From the NCBI RefSeq assembly GCF_009914755.1, contig NC_060930.1: DNA of 64,000 nucleotides. One strand, given 5' to 3'. The position numbers and the translations under genes are program-made. The DNA is from the human T2T-CHM13v2.0 reference genome, Homo sapiens. The notes under the pieces are model-generated. The model worked only from the letters and a program-made list of their open reading frames with translations, made no database searches and had not been told where the DNA came from. Positions 1 through 15,835 of this stretch are shown in pieces; within the stretch, counting starts at the first letter, position 1, and every line of letters starts with the position of its first letter.

Positions 1-2862
<2,862 letters not shown>

Positions 2863-2864
2863 AA

Positions 2865-3430
<566 letters not shown>

Positions 3431-3869
3431 CTTTTTGATCCTAGTGTCCCTGTTATATATTCTTACCTCTTTAACATTTTTTTTTTTACTGTGTCTTCAA
3501 ATTCTATAGCTGTTTACTTATGTCTATTTTCATCTTTTGAGTTTGTTTTCGGTGTATTTAAATGTATCTTTCCTTCAGTAAGCCTTTTACTAAAAGACAT
3601 TTGCCTGCCTCTTTTGTTGTTATGTTCACTTTGTGGGGGGTTGCTGGGGAAGTAGTATCTACGTTTTTATTTCTTTCCAGATATTTTCTGTTTATAATTA
3701 ATGAGAAAGAGATTTTGTTTGGACCTCCTCTTTTTCAGACTTGTATAATGATGGTCAGAGGAATGACTTGGGCTAAATGTCCATTTGGTCATTCAGTCTT
3801 GAAACACTTTCTTATTAACTTTACCATGTTCTCTGCCTTTGTGTTCACTTTTTCCATCATATTTCCACA

Positions 3870-4193
3870 TTTTTTTTTAATTTTTATTTTTATTTTTGTA
3901 GAGACAGTGTCTTGCTCTTTTGCGCAGGTTAAGAGTGCAGTGGTGCAATCATATGGCTCACTGCAGCTTCAAATTCATGGGCTCAATGAATTCTCCTGCC
4001 TGAACCTACTGAGTAGCTTGGACTACAGGCATGTATGATCATACCTGGCTAATTTTTTTTACAATTTTTTTTTTGTAGAGACAGGGCTTTGTGATGTTGT
4101 CCAAGCTTATCTCAAACTCCTGGCTACAAGCAATCCTTTTGCCTTGGCCTCTCAAAGCACTGAGATGATAGGTGTGAGACACCATGCCCAGTT
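3870..4193 (-). mobile_element. AluJ, full length
   Basis: Diverged dimer with AluJ-type ctgcagcttc/gggctcaa; TSD ccacatttt starting at 3865 and 4195. Confidence 0.9.
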
Positions 4194-4747
4194 ACCACAT
4201 TTTATTTTATACATCAGCAGATGAATCACCCAGATGGTAAGTCTGTAGTAACACTTGTGTCTTACAAGTAACAGGTCTTTAGTTTGTATTTTATTCATTT
4301 CTTTTTAGCTCACATTGATCATCAGCTGCAAAGCTAATTTTATCTTCTGTTTGTTTCTCCACCCGATTCACAGACATCCAGTTTCTCTGATTTTTAAGTG
4401 TTCAGATTGAAAAGCACAATGAGCAATGCCACTATTCAAAGGAATGATAACACCAAAACTTACCTCTCTTTCTGTCCTCCTTCATTTCTACCTGCCGCGA
4501 ATTCTGCAGTCAAATAACTTATTTAGTTTCCTGTGGCTTGTTCATAATCTGTCCTTTCATTTTGAATTAAAACCTTATTGGTTATGGTTTCTCAACAACT
4601 GTTTTCTTTCAATCAAATAAATCCACCCCCTATTGAGATTCATAGAGATAAGCACAATTTTTGTGTCCTTTCTTCTTTTACTAATATAGCTTGAAGATTT
4701 TTCTTTTTGTGGTCTGTGGTTGTCCATTCTCTTTTTCTCTATATATA

Positions 4748-4800
4748 AGATAGATAGATAGATTAGATAGATAAATGGATAAATAGATAGATAGATAGAT
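4748..4800. repeat. Imperfect (GATA)n microsatellite
   Basis: Direct reading. Confidence 0.85.
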
Positions 4801-6224
4801 GGACAGAGTCATTGTTGTTTTTGTTTCTTTGCTTATTTGGGTTATTTCCCTTGATTTTTGAAATGTCCAACTATTCTATGCCAGAATAAATGTGAAATTA
4901 TGTTTGCACCACATGCTGCGGTGTATATAGCATGAGAGAAAAGCCAAGGTAGATATACCATATCTTAAATCATTTGACTTATTTTACATTGATAAGGTAA
5001 TTTTTCTGATTCACATAGATTGGCAGATACATGCAGAAAGTAAAGTTAATTGCTTTCCTTGATTTTGAGAAATTATCTTAGCAAAGTTAAAGCCCTACTT
5101 TCAAGTGAAGAGTTTGTTTGTATATGCATGTATAAAAATGGAAATGCAAGATAAACATTGCTTCAGCTACATCAAAGAAGATGTTAACGGAGCTACCCTT
5201 TAAGGCCTTGTGCTTCTTATTTGTAGTATTATCACAGGTTGGGAATCCACTCTGATTTTTTTTGAGACATGACAAAATTGCATTAACTGTTGTATACCGA
5301 AAACTTTTCATCTCTTGAGCATTTATTAATCATTCTACTTCTGGCTAGGAAAACTAAGTTCCCTGTAGCCCTGACTCTTGGGATCTCTCAAAAGAATATT
5401 ATATGAATCCTGGGTCGTTTAACTGTCAGAATCTCAGTACTACCTATTGTTAAACTAAATATCCTCACGCCCTGGTTGTGGAGATACATCCTGGTCTAAG
5501 CATTATTTTCTTCCAAGTGCCTTGTTTCTTTGTTACTTCAGAAAGGCTATAGTCAGCCACTTTGGCAACCGTATGTCATATATCTCAAATCATAAATTAC
5601 CTTGATATTGAAGACTGAGTAGGAGAGGCATCTATTCTCCTATTTTATTCATATCTTTCTTCCTAAGAAAAGCTTAATTGTCTCTAATAGGGATATCTCC
5701 AAATCAAAGTTTTATAATGCAGTGTGTTAGGCAAACAACAAGAACAAAGCCTGCAGAACATCCTTTATGCTAACACTAACAATGTATAGCTACACCATGC
5801 TAAGTGCACTGAGCAATAACAGGAGGAAGCGTAGTGAATTGGAAAGAGGTTTTTCTAGTGTTTGAAATCCTTTCCAATTTTGTTTTAATTATTATATTTC
5901 AATATAATATATTCATAGTTACTATCAGATTTCAATCAAGTCTGAGTTTACAGTGAACAAAATTTAAATAATCTTTTATTAGTTTACCACAATTAGAGAC
6001 AATTGATGAATTAACAATGGGTGATATATGTTTGGATATAGAATAGTGTGCAAATTTTTGCAATCTTGGTGATATAAAGTAGATGAGTAAAAGAGGTATG
6101 ATGGGAGAAGAGAAAAAAGAAGAGGGAAGTGTAGAGGAAGAACATTCTCATTTTTCATAGAAGAGCCCACAAATTACTGATTGAAGTTAATGGAACAAAA
6201 ATAGAGCTATAAGAGTATAATTTA

Positions 6225-6530
<306 letters not shown>

Positions 6531-7162
6531 TTAAGTTGTAAAAATAACCAAAATAAGGACTTAAAGGACTTAAAATGTGTATGTGTGTGTACATATATAG
6601 ACAATACACATACATACGTATATAATGGTAGATTAGGAGTGTAGTGTGAGAAATTCCTCAGTTTTGCAGTAGAGAGTGAATTATGTTATTTAAAAGTGAT
6701 TACTCAATGCATATATATTTAGTTATATTTATATGACATTTAAACAATGATATTGTCTAAAATTGATGCCTCAAGACATAGAAACACACACACATATATA
6801 TATTTAAAGTGATGGGACCAACTGTTGAAAAGGCTAAATCAAAGGAGGCACACGGTTTTTGCCTCTGGGGGTGGGCTTTCCATAATAAATTCCTTGCGTT
6901 TTTTTTTTTTTTAAGCTTGTTAATTTTGGAATTTTAAGCATCTCTTCATGGTTTCATGAGTACGTGTCTTTAGCTCAGGTTGAAGTATTTAATTCTGATC
7001 TCATATCTTTTAATGTAAAAATTAGAAATCAAAAATAAGAATAGATTAACAACACATATCTTCAGGATTTTGTAAATCCAACCACCCCCTTAAAAGTGAA
7101 CACACACATACTATGTAGGACATTGTCTGGAACGTGTCTTATTTATTATGATGCCATCTTGA

Positions 7163-7330
7163 AGTAGTGGAAATAGTGTGAACTTGGGGTTAAAGTGACC
7201 TGAGTTTGAATACTGGCTGCACCATCTAGCATTGTTACCTTCTGATGCCACCATGAAGATTAAAAGAGGTAGTTCATTTTAAATGACTAGTTCAGTGTCA
7301 TATAGACAGTACCAATTAATATTAGCTTTC
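7163..7330 (+). mobile_element. MIR fragment
   Basis: gacctgagtttgaatactggct core-like motif and taatattagct 3' end. Confidence 0.55.
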
Positions 7331-8929
7331 CTCAGCCAATGTAAAGCAGCACATAGTAAAGGAATCCAGTTGAATGAGCACCTCTCATTTAAATGCTGAA
7401 GAAAATAAATTGTATAGACTACTAGAAACCAACTTTTGGAAAATAGTAGGTACATTCATATTTTTGTCATGCAAAAACAAAGATAAAAATGCAAATTATT
7501 AGTCAACAAAACAATGTGACAGGAAAATAACAGTTGCACCTTTTTCTCTTTTTCTAAAATACAATATAATATGAATGAGAATAGGATACCTTTCTAAACA
7601 TAATTTATAGCTTTGTATGAGAAAGCTCATTTAACCACATTTATTAAAATAAAATATTCAAATATGTTCCTTTCTCATTTTAATACTCAAAATAAATGAT
7701 CTTTCTGTTGTGCCTCACTTTATTTAGAGAAAAACATCCAAAGGCACATTTAGGAAGAAAATTAATTATTTCACTTTGGGAATGTTGTGTTTAACATGAT
7801 GGAAAGATAAATATCTATTTGGGAAGGTATTTTTTTTTATAATAAGACATAAGGGCCTAAAATAAAGTCAGAGAAAACGGGATGTAGAAAATGAGGGATC
7901 TATAGCTTCAGATAGAATCTTGTGGCACAGATTCAGAAAATGAAAAGAAATTGAAAAATCAAATGTCAGTGATGCAGGAGAATTAGAGAAACTTAGGGTC
8001 ACAGAAACTGCAGGATGGAAAGATTTTTCCCAAGTAAGTAGGTAAAACTGTGAATGTGCTCAATAGTGAAGAAAAGGCCATAGTTATAACGAATCACTTA
8101 CTTTTTAGAGAAGTTCTGTCAGGGTTTAGGTAAGTGACAAATGGGGCTGTGGGAGTCAATCCAGGAAACCACACACTGCTAGTGAGTTGTCCTTGGAAAG
8201 ATCAAGCTCTAAAACAAAATAAAATTTAGGTAGCTTTGATAGACACATTTTGGTACAATTTGGTCTATTTTCCATAAAATCAGTGTAGTAAAACTGTGTT
8301 AGAGCAAGCACAGAGTTGTTGTTGATGAAATTGCCTTAATCTATGTCTTGGTTTTTGAATCTGCTTTAAAATCAGTCAGTGTTAAGCATGACTCCTTGAA
8401 AAAGCATCACAATTTGAACGCTGGCACCACTTTAAAAAGTAACTTGTTACTTTATCAACTCGCTGAGTTCATAATTTCAGAGTCAAGAGAGTGATTGCCA
8501 AACCCAGCAAAGATCAGAGGCATGAAGGAGTCTGCCTCAGAAGTGCCTATATACAGAACAAACCCAGAAGTGCCACTTAACTCTGCCACCTGGGCAGCAT
8601 ACTGCTTCAGAGCTGTGCTGAAAGACAGAAGAAGAGAAAATAAAATTGTGAATGTCATCTTTGCTTTGGAAAGCAAGGGCTAGATATTTTTATTCCGTGT
8701 TTTGCCAGAATTTTGGTGACAAAGTAAATCAATACAAATATTCTCCGGCTGGTTTCTCATTCTTCATCAGATGAAATTCAACAAATATGTGTTGCGTATC
8801 TTGCATGTGAGAAGCATTCTCACATAAATTCAATATTTTTAATTTGAGTAGCGCTATTTAAATTGTAAACTTGACCTATTTACATTTCTTTTTAACATCA
8901 GTTTTATATAGTGTATTGCTCTCTCTTTT

Positions 8930-10130
8930 TCTTTTCTGCATTCTTTCTACCAACCACCACACTGGTCAAAACCACCATCATCTCTCACCTAGTCTAGTAG
9001 TCAGCACTTTCTAGTTTCCAGTGACTGAAATCCAAATGACCACTTAGCTCTCCTTTCTGCTGGATTTAGCTTGGTTAGTATGCACCCTCAGAAGCTCAGA
9101 TTGACATGATCTTTAGCATCAGCTTTCCCCAACAAGGGAAGATTTTCTTCCCTCAGCATCTGTATTAGCTCCTCAAAAAGAACTGGTTTTCCCTCTTTGG
9201 GTATATTATTAAATCCAGGACCAATATAATGATGAGAAAAGTGGCTACTCTGGGCATCCAACCCCTGGATAGAAAGAGTGGAATTAGCTTCAGCATACCA
9301 CTTAGATTAGAAATAGGGGTGAGATGGTTCCCCAAAAAGATAAAGGATGAAATTAAAAAAAAGAAAAAGACTCACTCTACCTAAATCACTAGAGTCATAC
9401 TCATTTCTTCACATTCATTTTTTTTCTCCCTTATCACTTCCTAAGCAAAGGCCTTTTTGTAAAATAATTATGACAATTATCTCAAAATAAAATAAATTTT
9501 CAAAACCTTGAACCAATAATAAGAGGCAATATGATTATATGCTCCCCGTATTTGAAGTATCTCAATGGATTCCTATTGCACTAAAAAGTTATATCCAAAA
9601 TTCTGAATGTGTTTGTAAGACTTTTTTAGGGTAGTCTCTGCCTCTCCAGCTTTTCTGTGTGCCACCCCTTAGGCCCATGCTCTCCACTCAGCCATGTGGG
9701 CCTTCTTTCTGTGTCATTACAGTGTACCATGAAGTTAGCGGGTTTTTTTTAGAAATGTCTCCTAAACACATCTCATTCTTTCATTCCCATGCTTACTCTA
9801 ATCCTCACTTCTCTCCCCTGAACCCATCTTTTTGCCCAGTCCACATTTACTGATTTTCAGATCTTAGAATAAAGATGACTTCTCAGGGCATTCCTTTCCT
9901 GCTGTATTAGATTCTTTTGATATATGTTGCCACAGTACTGTGCATTTCTTCCTTCTAACACTTAGTAACACTTGCTATTATTTTCTAAATGTCTGCCCCT
10001 ATTTTCTTCGACAGATTATTAATCCCATGTGGTTAGAAATCAGTTCTAGTTTTTCTCACCACAATATTGTCACTGTCCAGCATAGTGCTTGGCACAGAGC
10101 AGTAGATAAAGAAATATTTGTTGTATAAAT
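8930..10130 (+). mobile_element. L2 3' fragments, interrupted by a probable old MLT1 LTR (about 9010-9360)
   Basis: accaccatcatctctcacct motif; L2-type 3' end cttggcacagagcag...aaatatttgttg. Confidence 0.55.
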
Positions 10131-10249
10131 ATATAGGGATCAACAGGTGCTTTTACTTCTTTGCATGTAGAACCTAGAACCGTTAGCTATGAAGGTGATG
10201 AATTATATTTGAATGATCTTACTTTGGTTGGCTTTTCCGAAATATAATT

Positions 10250-10510
10250 CTAATATTACGAGGTACTCCATGTGTGCAGAGCACGGTCTATAAACAGCCA
10301 GTGTATTTTCATGTTAAGTAGATGAACATATTTCATTCTTGAGATACTTTGGGAGGCTGATATTATTATTCTGAATAATTAATTTCAGTTTATAACTGAG
10401 GACTATTAAATTCTGATCTTAAAGAACTTAATTCTGGTTCCCTAGCTATTAAGCAGTGATTCGGATCCAAATTAGATTCAGACACTATCTGTTTTACTTC
10501 AAAACTTAAA
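10250..10510 (-). mobile_element. MIR fragment
   Basis: Diverged antisense MIR-like sequence. Confidence 0.4.
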
Positions 10511-10723
10511 TGTGTTTCAATGCCTCATTCTCTGCATTGCTGGTTCCTTTTTCTAGTTTAAAAATTCTTTAACTTGGTCAAAAATTAGGCTGGGGAGTAG
10601 TATTTATGATTTATATAATTTAATTCACTTCATTTCAAAAATGTATTGAATATTCATGTTCTGTCAATCACATTGCTGAATACACAGAAGAAAACATACC
10701 TCTTACCATTTAAAAGTCTTGAT

Positions 10724-11073
10724 TATCTTAGTTTATTTGAACTGCTAACAAAATGCCATAAACTGGGTGGCTTGTAAACAACAGGCATTTATTGCTTACA
10801 GTTCTGGAGGCTGAGAAGTCCAAGATCAAGGTGCTGACAGATGTGATGTCTGCTGAGGTCTAGTTTCCTGGTTCACAGATGGCGCTTTCTCACTGTGTCC
10901 TCATACGGTGGGAGGGACAGGCAGCTCTCTGGAACTTTTTTGTACAAGGGCTCTGACCTCTTGATCTAACCACCTCCTAAAGGCCCTACCTGGTAATACT
11001 ATGACATTGGTAATTCAGTTTCAACATATGGATTTGAGGGGTAACCGTAATCTTAATCATTCAGACCACAGCA
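10724..11073 (-). mobile_element. MLT1A-type solo LTR (ERVL-MaLR)
   Basis: aaactgggtggctt...cagttctggaggctgagaagtccaagatcaagg...ttcagaccacagca; 5-bp TSD ttgat/atgat. Confidence 0.85.
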
Positions 11074-11299
11074 ATGATATATTAGGGAATAGAGAATTAG
11101 GGAAGAATGAAACAAAAACTGAGAGGAGATAATTAGTAAGATCTTCAAGAAAGGAGAGGTCATTGATCATAAATGGCAAAAAAGGAAAGCTCCAAGTCTT
11201 CCAATAGCAGTCATTTGGAGAAGGTAGCAAAAATAACTTCAGGTTAAGATAACCATCCATAATAAGATACTTAGGAACCCGAAATATATTATAGTACTA

Positions 11300-11640
11300 A
11301 AAATAAACAACAGCATACCTTGGCAAGATTAGTAAGTACACATAGGTAAGTAAGAAGGTGAAAAAAATTGGGAAGATGACTCTGGTTAGTAATGGCTTAA
11401 GTTTGGAAGAAAGGAGAATCAGAAATTAAACTAGGAGGGCTACTGACAGTTATCCAGCCATGAAGTCTTTGGTCCTGGATGAGGGCAGTGGTGGTATGTC
11501 TTACAGACACGCAGACTCTGTGACTGATTAGAGTTGGAATTAAAGAATAAAATGGGATAAAAAAAGGTGTTTGGAAAATTGTTTTTGCTTAAACTCTATA
11601 GAAATATGTGTGCTATGAACAGAAATGTGGAAATTAAATG
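11300..11640 (-). mobile_element. L2 fragment
   Basis: gagggctactgacagttatccag...gggcagtggtggt resembles antisense L2. Confidence 0.45.
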
Positions 11641-11658
11641 ATGAAACTTGGGTAAGTG

Positions 11659-11925
11659 CAAGGGTTGTTAAACTCAAATGTTTTCAAGAACCAGTCAAGC
11701 AGTAGGCAGGCATAAAGCAGGCTGAGGGAAGGAGGAAAGAGAATGATGGGAGGCAAGGAGGAGCCAGTTGATATTCAGCTCCAGCCATTGGGAGATAGAA
11801 GTAATCAGATCATCTGACTTGCCAAGAGAACCTAAAAATTCAGAGATACTCTCACTTTAACTGTTGGTAAATAATTCATTTTTTAAAATGTTAACACTGT
11901 GTGCTCCAAATAAAGTATTTCCATG
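11659..11925 (+). mobile_element. MER102-like hAT-Charlie DNA transposon relic
   Basis: caagggttgttaaactcaaatg start; ttcagctccagcc; aacactgtgtgctccaaa. Confidence 0.55.
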
Positions 11926-13009
11926 TGCTTTAGGTAAGCTTTGGGGAATGGTTAATGATATCTGGCCAGGAAACAAAGGCCTTTGGTTAGGTTCTATGGC
12001 ATTACTATTAATTCAGTGGTTTTCAGGCGTCGCTCTTGATGGGACTCAATGAATTCCTATTTCACAACTCAAGAAAGCAAGAACAAAGGAAAACAAAACC
12101 ATTTACATGCTTTTTTCTTGTCCTTTGAAGTTCTGAAATATATTGCAGTTTTGAGTGGCTTTCTAAGCCTTTGTATACAATCTCAAATGGACTATATTAT
12201 ACAACCTAAGTTACTCAGACATCTATTTTTTGATATTTTTGATACAAATTCAGTAACAGCTTTGATATGTATGTTTTGTGATGATCTGCTGTATACATTT
12301 AGTATGCTTTCTTTAAATGTCTGAAAATACAAATCCATGTTATATAAGGGATACTATTTTGTAGAAATATTCAAGTAGAAACAAATATAGCACATCCTCT
12401 GGAAAAAAAATGTATTTACTAAGCAAACATTTCTTTCATAGAAAGTATTAAAAGATGAACTGGTTTGCATGTTAAAAGAAATGGCTTCCTTTTTATATAT
12501 TAATGGAAAATCTGAAAGATATACATTTGAGGGAAGAAATACAATGACTTTAAGATCATTGATTTGAAAATCCTGTATCTCTCTTTCTGTTAAGTCCATA
12601 TTTAAAAATGATAGTTTCACCATATGTCTTATTAGAATCTCTTGACTAATTTACACTACCTTTTAAATGTAGCTGCAACTTTAGGGACATATGGTTGTTA
12701 TGGGGTGGAAGAAATTACTCCCTATTTTTATGCCCTTCCTTCAAATTTGGGATGGGTCAAAGAGAAACATAAGCAACAATAATAATTATGCCAGTAGCAA
12801 TGCCTCTTAATCTTTTCCGTCAAGAAATGCAAGACTACGGAGACAAATGCACATCTCTGAAAATTTCTTTGAAGTTTTATCACAAAATGTGATATTTTAC
12901 AATCTGCTCTATAATATAAATACTTTATTATCTTAAATGAGTTACCATAAAAACAATAAAGTTTCCTATCCATCTCAGGGAGTTATAGAACAAGGTTTTT
13001 CCTGTAGTT

Positions 13010-13225
13010 AGAACAGGGAGTCAAACATCCTGGGTTCAATTTTGTCTTCACCACTTACAGTCTTGGGCAAGCCACTTACACAATTGGGAATGAAATAGTA
13101 TGTCCTACATACAGTTGTTCTCCCTTATATAATTAGGAAGAAAGCAGCACTTACTACATAGCAAGTGTTGCTCTGAAGTTTCACTGTAACGTCACATGCA
13201 GAACTTAGCCTATTGCCTAGAACAA
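13010..13225 (+). mobile_element. MIR fragment
   Basis: cctgggttcaattttgtcttcaccacttac...cttgggcaagccactta core. Confidence 0.6.
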
Positions 13226-14859
13226 TATTAAACCCCCTGTATGGATCAGGCAATATTTTATGTGAATTTCAGGCAACTGAATTTTCATTTCATATCATTT
13301 GCAGCTTCTTGGAAATTCCTACTATCTATCTAGGTATCATACTATTTTAAGAGTTCTGATGTATATACATGTATGGATTCAAATTATATCATATTTTCAC
13401 GGATTAATGAATATCTCATAGTAATCACTGAAGAGAAGTATTCAGCATAGCATTTACCAAAGGATAGGGTAAAGCAATATTTTTAGGTTACTGCTGAAAA
13501 TATCATTAGAAATATCTTCCTTTTGAGAGTAGAGTCGCACATATATATGAGAGTAAAATGGTTTTTGAGCAACCAGTTAGTATTTTCTATTGGTCAAAGG
13601 AAATCCCAGCTCAAGTGCTTTCCTCAACTAAATCAGATTACTAATTATGCCTTTTTTAATGTGTAGATTAATATACTCAAATTACTTATACCACTGCAAG
13701 AAGCATTCTAGATTGAAATCTAAAATTCTGTCTTCACTGGAGTGGTCTTGTTAAGTGTACTTAAAAAAGAAAAGAGAAGAATATTATTATAATGCCTTGT
13801 AGTGTTAATGGAAATTCAGTCTTAAAAAATTCTGCTGAGTTTGTCAACTATGGACCATTCTTCACTCTTAAAAACGCATGGAACTACTCACCTCCTATAG
13901 CTCTTACCCCTTTGTACTGACTATTTTCTCCCACGGAGACAGATATTAATTCAACCTTGAGTTTAAAAACTCTTACCAGCAACTTCCCTGCCAACCTATC
14001 AGAGCACAGCAAGATCTCAAGGTTACTGCTTATGTAATTACAAAAGATCTTATTACGTATAATAAAAGTTACTGTTTTCAGCATTCCTTTTGACTCACTG
14101 AAACAAATCAAGAGGTGAATATATTGAAGCGAGTTATTTTTAGTGAAGGTGGAATTTGAGCATTCAAGGTATGTACTTTAATTCATTTACTCTGTATTTT
14201 TTCTATTTATTCAAGTCAATTCAATAAATATTTATTGAATAGCAACCATGTTTTAGAAATCGTCCTAAGGAATATTCTGATTTATTAAAGACAATTTATT
14301 AAATATTTTGCCACCATTTTTCAACTTTTTGTTAACCACCAAGCATTCTACAGATTCCGTTTTCTCAGACATCATCATGGTAAATATATGAAGCTAGTCC
14401 TGACAAAACCCTGGGTTAAATTCAGCCTATGTGCTGTTATTTTATACAAATCTTTTGCACATGCCTACATGCCCCTTTTGCTCATATCACTCATGTAGGC
14501 TGTAAAGGGGCCTGTGTTTAGCTTGTTTATTGAAAAAGATACTTAACGTTTTCAATCTCAGACAGATGTGACTATCTGTAATTCAAGGAGTCATGAAAGC
14601 ACCTTCTAGTGTGACTCTCCAAGGTGATTGTAAGTGATTGCTATGACTGTCTTTCTTTTCAAGGTGATTCTGCAAGTGATTGCAAAGGGCACATAAGCAA
14701 ATTACTGCTTGCTGGTTTATCTACATTTGTCATTTTCTTACTTTCCGTGTAGATGTCTTGTTTGTAGGTGCAAAATATTTTCTGGTAATTATTCTTTAAA
14801 ATTTTATGATTTTTAAAAATTGATCATTTATAAAGTCTTATAGCATTATCTTTGAAATG

Positions 14860-15230
14860 GAAATGAGCATGCTTGAAAAAATATTCAAATACTATAAAAG
14901 GATATATGACTCAAAGTAAGTCTTCTTCCTACTCTGACTTCTTGCCTCCCAGTTCTTTGCTCCCCAAAGCAACTCCCGTTACTAGCTACTTGTTTTCGGT
15001 TTCAGAGATAATCCATACATTTATGAATATATAGGTATCTTTATTTTTATCTCTGTCTCTCTGTCTCTTTTCAATATATAAAGGGAAAGGCATAAGGCAT
15101 AAGTACTTACTTACTATACAAATATATGTATTTCTCCCTTTTTTTCTCCCCATAGGTTCTGTAACATATACACTATAGTTTCTCCTTGACCTTTTTAAAA
15201 ATTGGCAGCATATTTTAAAAGGTCTAATCT
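14860..15230 (-). mobile_element. Ancient L1ME-type 3' fragment
   Basis: aaagtaagtcttcttcctactct...aaagcaactcccgttactag pattern. Confidence 0.5.
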
Positions 15231-15835
15231 TTAAAAAAATGTATATATTAGTATTGTTGCAAAAATAATAGTTTCACAAAATGTTTGACTTGCTTCAGTT
15301 TCCTTTCTTATCAAGTTTTACACATACATAAATTTCAAACAATAAGAATAATATTTTAAATATACATCCTGGTATAGTTTTGATTTTCTAAATTTACTGC
15401 TGATTTTTACAACCATCTACTCATTGTAATTAGATGAGTGCTTATATCATTTTCTGTTTTACTCACAGTCAGCCTCTGGAAGTATGCTATGACTATTGTA
15501 ATACTTCATGGGTGTTTCTAAATACCCTTCATAATTTTGTGCATATTCATTGCTTATGATTTGCTGTGCTTAAAATTTTCTATTTTAAACCACCTATCCA
15601 TACTTTTGGTTGAAAATATAATAGCACTAAAATCAGAAAAGAAAAAAATTGATACATGTTAACTTTTATTATTATCAATAAATTCATGATGATAAGAGGT
15701 AAAACTAAATGAAATTTTAAAACTGCATTTAAAAATTGTTTTAAAACATGCTACATGAAATCAAACTCCTATATGATAATCAGTGGTTTTATTCTGAAGG
15801 CAACTTTTTTTATTGCTTCATAAGGAGATAAACTT

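Noticed and set aside
3562-4038. 158-aa hydrophobic ORF
   Set aside because: T-rich sequence running into an antisense Alu; compositional artefact
12070-12088. 19-nt inverted match to 35204-35222 in the orphan segment
   Set aside because: Low-complexity A/G-rich sequence and the match does not extend
14463-14511. Interleaved inverted repeats gcctacatg/catgtaggc and gccccttt/aaaggggc in pseudoknot-like order
   Set aside because: Stems are only 8-9 bp and the loop lengths do not suit an H-type pseudoknot; compatible with chance
14620-14683. Repeated caaggtgatt/aagtgattg motifs
   Set aside because: Short imperfect local duplication with no independent support for function
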